Source: Tubiluchus corallicola (taxonomy: Eukaryota > Animalia > Priapulida). Taken from it: DNA of 64,000 nt. Within the stretch, counting starts at the first letter, position 1, and each line of letters starts with the position of its first letter. A program made the position numbers and the translations under genes. Positions 55,474-64,000 of the stretch are shown here, piece by piece. Below the pieces are notes generated by a model. It was given only the letters and a program-made list of their open reading frames with translations, was not told the DNA's origin and did not search any database. The DNA lies in NCBI GenBank assembly GCA_030141605.1, contig JAQGDQ010000900.1, positions 1 through 64,000 on the forward strand. Direction: 5' to 3'.

Positions 55474-57720
55474 AGACAGCCCTGTAAATACCAATTGTGC
55501 ACTAGGCCTAAACGCTTCAAACCAAAATTATGTTGCAAAACATGCCCCGGATTGGAGTAATGCAACCAATGTTCAACTGGGTAATTATTATTCTATGACA
55601 CATGCGGCTTTACTTGATGTATTAGTACCATACTCTACTGTCCTGTGCTCTGATATTCATTGTAGCAGTGATGCACACAGGCAAGAAATAACCAGTTTTC
55701 ATGATGCAATAATTAACACTCTTAGTACAGCAGCTTCACAAGCTTTTCCCATTAATGAAAGAAAGAGAAACTCTTGGAACTCTGTACCAGGGTGGAATGA
55801 ATTTGTTGCCGAAAAACACAATTATTCACGACAATGCTTTGTCAATTGGCGTATGCTAGGTAAACCTCGCAGCGGTCCTATTGCAGAAGAAATGCGTCGA
55901 GCTCGTGCTCAATTTAAATATGCCCTACGCGATTGTAAAAAACATCAGCAAAGCATTGTATCAGACAAAATTGCCTACCGTCTTATGCATTGCAACTCCT
56001 ACCAGTTTTGGAAAACAATAAAGAAAGAAACAAATTCTAAACTTCCTCTTCCCTCTAGCGTTAATAACGTAACAGGGGAAAATAACATTTGTAATATGTG
56101 GGCGGAGCACTATCGCGTTCTTTTTAATTCGGTTAATAATGGAAATTTGGAGGAGCAGCTGCACCGGGCCCTTGCAGAAGATATGCATATTATACCCAAG
56201 TTTACTGTTAGGGAAGTGCAAGATGCAATCGGCACACTAACTTTGCATAAATCTGCAGGTCCTGATGGTATACAGGCCGAACATTTTAAGTATTCTTCCT
56301 CAATGTTACCGGTTCTTTTATCCTTGTTGTTTAGCTCCTGTTTGATTCACGGCTTTCTTCCTGAATCGCTAATGATGTCTGTATTAATTCCTCTAGTAAA
56401 GGATAAAAATAAAGATATTACGGATGCAAATAACTATAGGCCAATTGCACTAGCTTCTATTGCCAGCAAAATATTCGAAATTTTATTACTTAACAGATAC
56501 AAACAGTATATTCCAACAACTCCTAATCAGTTTGGCTATGTAGAAAAACTTGGCACTGAAATTTGCATAAACACATTAAAGGAGATCATTGACTACTACA
56601 TTAGTCGTGATAGCTCTGTTCACATTGTTTTTATCGACGCATCAAAGGCATTTGACAGGGTTAATTTCTTCAAGCTTTTTCTTAAACTCACAAAGACTTC
56701 AATCCCGAATATTGTAATCCGCTTGCTCACATTTTATTACACGCAGCAAGGCATGTCTGTCAGGTGGGGACATAGTCAGTCTACAACTTTTAATATTGGA
56801 AATGGAGTACGCCAAGGTGGCAAGATGTCACCATTTCTTTTTAATTTTTATTTTAAAGATCTAAGTGTTAAGCTTTCATCCACCCAACTTGGTTGCAATG
56901 TGTCGAACATGGTTATGAACCACCTGATGTACGCTGACGATGTTTGTTTGTTAGCAACAACGATTACGGCCCTACAGCAACTACTAGACGTGTATAAATT
57001 GTATGCTGAACAGTATGACATAAAAATTAATGTAGCTAAAACTAAACTTATGTCTGTTAATTCAAACATCATGAGAAATTTTATGTTTGGTAACATCAAA
57101 CTAGATAATAATGTTTTACGTACCTGTGATAATGAAAAATATTTGGGACATATTATTTCAAATGATAACCGAGATGACCTTGACATTATTAATCAAAGAT
57201 CCCTATACTATTGTCGTACAAACCAACTTATTAGAAAATTCAGCTATTGTTCTGTTGATGTTAAAAGATATCTATTTAATGCTTACTGTAATACATTCTA
57301 TTGCATGTCTACTTGGAGACATTTTAATAATGGTAATATCTTAAAACTTAAAATTGCGCACAATGTGTCAAAAAGATTATTTTTCGGATATGCATATGAT
57401 TACAGTGCTCGTGAGATGAGTGTTGAAATTCACGTGATGTATTTTGATGTATTACGTAGAAAATCTGTGTTAAGTTTAATGAAAAGATTTGATACTAGTG
57501 ATAATTTAATGTGCCAGAAAATTTTAGTAAGCGATGCCAAATTTACATCGCACATAAGACAGCAATGGTGGAGACTATTATTGTAATTTTCATGTTTAAC
57601 TAAGTTTGTGTGTGATTTGTTTGTAGTGGTTTTTTGTTTTTATGATGTTGTATGTTGTATATATGTAATTTATATTATGAACTTATGTTTGAAATAAAGA
57701 ATTAAATCAAAATCAAATCT
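55474..57720 (+). mobile_element. 5'-truncated non-LTR retrotransposon (RTEX-like) with intact RT ORF, inserted in a (TC)n tract
   Basis: The reading frame is open from about 55472 to the stop at 57586. It is followed by a short 3' UTR, AATAAA at 57693 and an AAATC-type tail. No APE domain is present. (TC)n lies on both sides. The clade call is from recalled motifs. Confidence 0.9.
55595..57586 (+). CDS. LINE ORF2 reverse transcriptase (N-terminally truncated)
   Basis: RT motifs KSAGPDGI, NYRPIAL, QFGY, FIDASKAFDRV, GVRQGGKMSPFLFN, YADD and KYLG, with no stops or frameshifts in 663 aa. Confidence 0.92.
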   Translation: MTHAALLDVLVPYSTVLCSDIHCSSDAHRQEITSFHDAIINTLSTAASQAFPINERKRNSWNSVPGWNEFVAEKHNYSRQCFVNWRMLGKPRSGPIAEEMRRARAQFKYALRDCKKHQQSIVSDKIAYRLMHCNSYQFWKTIKKETNSKLPLPSSVNNVTGENNICNMWAEHYRVLFNSVNNGNLEEQLHRALAEDMHIIPKFTVREVQDAIGTLTLHKSAGPDGIQAEHFKYSSSMLPVLLSLLFSSCLIHGFLPESLMMSVLIPLVKDKNKDITDANNYRPIALASIASKIFEILLLNRYKQYIPTTPNQFGYVEKLGTEICINTLKEIIDYYISRDSSVHIVFIDASKAFDRVNFFKLFLKLTKTSIPNIVIRLLTFYYTQQGMSVRWGHSQSTTFNIGNGVRQGGKMSPFLFNFYFKDLSVKLSSTQLGCNVSNMVMNHLMYADDVCLLATTITALQQLLDVYKLYAEQYDIKINVAKTKLMSVNSNIMRNFMFGNIKLDNNVLRTCDNEKYLGHIISNDNRDDLDIINQRSLYYCRTNQLIRKFSYCSVDVKRYLFNAYCNTFYCMSTWRHFNNGNILKLKIAHNVSKRLFFGYAYDYSAREMSVEIHVMYFDVLRRKSVLSLMKRFDTSDNLMCQKILVSDAKFTSHIRQQWWRLLL

Positions 57721-57738
57721 CTCTCTCTCTCTCTCTCT

Positions 57739-57795
<57 letters not shown>

Positions 57796-58114
57796 TCTTT
57801 CTCTCGCTCTCTTCTATTGTTTCTCTCTCCTTCATTCTTTCATCTCCCCCTTTTCTCGTTTTTTTCTCTCTTCCTCATCACATTTTTCCTGTTGATATTT
57901 TGCTCGTTCCGCAAAATATTCCTATCGTCAATTTCAATAACTCACGGCGATTTGTTCTTCTGCCCTGACACATAAAACTAACGCCAACGGCAGCTGCAAA
58001 TGTATATTAATCGAGGACACTGTGTGGTCTGTAAAATGTACCAGCAAATACAATAGAGACAACTAAGAACTCCAACAAAACTTCACGAGACACAAACATG
58101 TCATTTAAAAATTT

Positions 58115-60480
58115 TTTATTGTTTTTTTACATGTTCAAGTTTCAAACAACGCAAAGTAAACTCATTTTAAATCAACAACAGAACACTTTGGTATTATATA
58201 ATAATTATTCAATAAATTATGTACATTGGGGTTGGGTATAAGTCATGCATGGGTAAAGCAGACCAAAGTATACAGGTTTCTTTACAAGATGGTTCCTGTA
58301 ACGCACTCTATAAATATTTTCACTTCATTTAGTTTTACTTTAGAGAAAGCTAAACTTATAGAAATCCAAATATATGCCAATAATGGTACAGAATATACTA
58401 AAAAATATACTAAACGTTTTTCCTGTTGGCTATTAAATTCTGTCGTTTCTTTTAAGTTAGAAATTTTGCAGGTTAACGAAAATAAATTAAAATTAAAAGT
58501 GAAACTTAACTGTAATTAGTTTTACTGTACTTTTTCCAAGAACAATCTGCAACATCTGCTCAAATCAGAATAATTGATGACTAATTAATCGGTGTAGATC
58601 AATCAATATTCAATGTGAACGACTGAGTTAACAGGAAGATGGAATATCAATGCTTCTGATTAATTTGAAGAAAAAATAAAAAGTGCAGGTCCTATAACAT
58701 GCGGTGCAGACATAAAATATTATACTAATATGTTGTTATGATTAGAAATTCACACCCGTTTTCAGAACAGTACAATAACACAAGTAACAACAAAATCTAT
58801 GTTTCAAATTCTACACAATCACAAAAAACTACAAGCGTTTATCGGATGCACACAGTTCCTTTGCAGAAAGCACGATGTTTGTTAAACCGCAGTGAATATT
58901 TTCGGCCCACGCGTAACCGTTGTAAAGTAACTGCACGTGCAACACATGTAAAGCTGCTCGTGGTTTTCCCAGTACGCATCACAATGGCTTTTGTACGCCA
59001 ACAATAGTCACAGCTTTTTACAAAGGTTGTGCTAATAAATTATTGAATTTTGGAAAAAAGCTTTAAAATTACGGAAATGCTACATTTAAGCCGACAATTC
59101 ATTTTTATACATAAATGATTTAAATGGTTCAAAATAATTTCTAAATCACAAGCGTAATATTTGGATTTTTGCATAGGCCTATATACTAATAACACCACAC
59201 TTAATATCAGTTTGATAGATAAATGAACTACATTAAACTGAAATGCAAATACATTATAAAAATGAACTCTCGTAGCACCACTTAACCAGATTAGCAATAA
59301 TTTTATTCGTTTTTAAAGGCAAACTAACCGAGTCAACTTAACAAAACTATGTTTTCATGTATAGACAAGGTGTTGGAATAAATTGGTAAACAACAAAATC
59401 AAAATAAAGCAATAATTAACATCACACAAGGAATATTTATAACTGAACAACAGAAAATCAACAAAATTAAGACACAAAAGGTATTAAATTTTACAAGACA
59501 TTGTATAATCAGACGAATTTCTGAATTTAACACAACAAATTTTATTCAACAAAGAAGAGATATAGGCTCTTACTGCTATTATTTTTAGAAACAAATGTAA
59601 TTGAATTAGAAAACTGGAGTAGATTTTTGTGTAAAAATGTTCATAGTTTCAGGTTTTCGGCACCAAAATGGCAAAAGCAACATCATGAATAAGTACAAAA
59701 ACCAACAGATTGATACAAATAATAAATAAAATTATTCTGTAGCTTAGAAAATTTTTGATACTTTCAGCACAAGTATTGTCCTTGTCCACCCAATCTGTGG
59801 CTATTACTTCTCTTTAAACAGGTACCAAAAGGTAAGCAATAAAGTTTTAAATTTAATATTCTTTTACATGCATTTAACTGCCGTCTGCAGAAGTCACAAA
59901 CTTGTGTTGTTGTTGGGTCACTTTCTTTTCAACGTTTCCAGTTTCTCTGGAGACAGCTAACTGGGAATTGACCCTGCCCTGCTTAACTTGACTATCCGGA
60001 ACAGTGGAACATGACGGGAACGTTACAGGATTTCAAGGAAGTGTTCCACTAATGGTATTTATCACGCTATCAACATCCCGAACACTGCATGTAAATTCAT
60101 AACCATTCATAATAACCTCTGACACAAGAACCAGCACTAGGCTAATTGTAATTATCACTCTCATTTTCTTTGGCATGAACAAGAAATTGGCTTAAATAAC
60201 AATTATACATAAAATAACAGCTTAGCAGGTATATATACCTGGCAACTCTCAGGCGCCGCTTCCGTTTCCGATTGCAGAGTAAAAAATAACTATTTCCGTT
60301 TTAATTTTGCTCTTATTATAATATGGCATCATAGTGATGGTGGTAAAAGCACAACTTTAGTTGAAAAACCGGGGTAATAGAACGAAACAAAGTGATGGTT
60401 TGTTATTTAATGGTGTGATTGGGAAACTTTTGGCCACCTGGAGATTAAATACTCGTGATTGTGGTTTGGGGTGGCTAATT
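58115..60480 (-). other. Probable long AT-rich 3' UTR of the MLCK gene with candidate poly(A) signal
   Basis: Mostly repeat-free, U-rich sequence on the minus strand downstream of the stop codon. AATAAA lies on the minus strand at 58115-58120, and other AATAAA copies occur further upstream. Confidence 0.45.

Positions 60481-64000
<3,520 letters not shown>

Noticed and set aside
59965-60005. 5S-like words (ccctgcttaactt) in the MLCK 3' region
   Set aside because: The match is too short to separate from chance.

Overview
AT-rich, intron-containing animal (invertebrate-like) genomic DNA, not prokaryotic, with no CRISPR array. Six genes can be built by hand with GT-AG introns and compatible phases: (1) spinster/SPNS MFS transporter, minus strand, six exons in 139-6432, running off the left edge; (2) RASL10-type small GTPase, minus strand, 10455-11134, first exon not found; (3, 4) two tandem three-exon paralogs, 'gene A' 29338-33725 and 'gene B' 36503-40642, split across several entries in the ORF track; (5) a PTB/PID-domain adaptor with an uninterrupted CDS, 44513-46789; (6) the last three exons of an MLCK/Stretchin-Mlck-like kinase, minus strand, 60481-64000. 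The A/B pair is the most interesting signal. Both proteins have a coiled-coil region, a shared unrecognised CxxC-x36-CxC domain and a C-terminal membrane anchor whose short tail resembles a divergent LRMP/IRAG2-type KASH peptide (A ends HMPTPI*, B ends HITPCPMYS*). Between them is a direct-repeat-bounded cassette holding an R2-like zinc-finger/Myb fragment, a 5S-rRNA-derived SINE-like element and an orphan C-type lectin exon. The rest is rich in TTAA-targeting MITEs (Kolobok- and piggyBac-like), hAT and Harbinger MITEs, LINE fragments (one long intact RT ORF inside a (TC)n tract), an inverted pair of hammerhead-bearing Penelope-like termini, microsatellites and about nine unrelated minisatellites, one of which amplifies a spinster splice donor about 13 times. 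Family assignments come from recalled motifs, not database searches.
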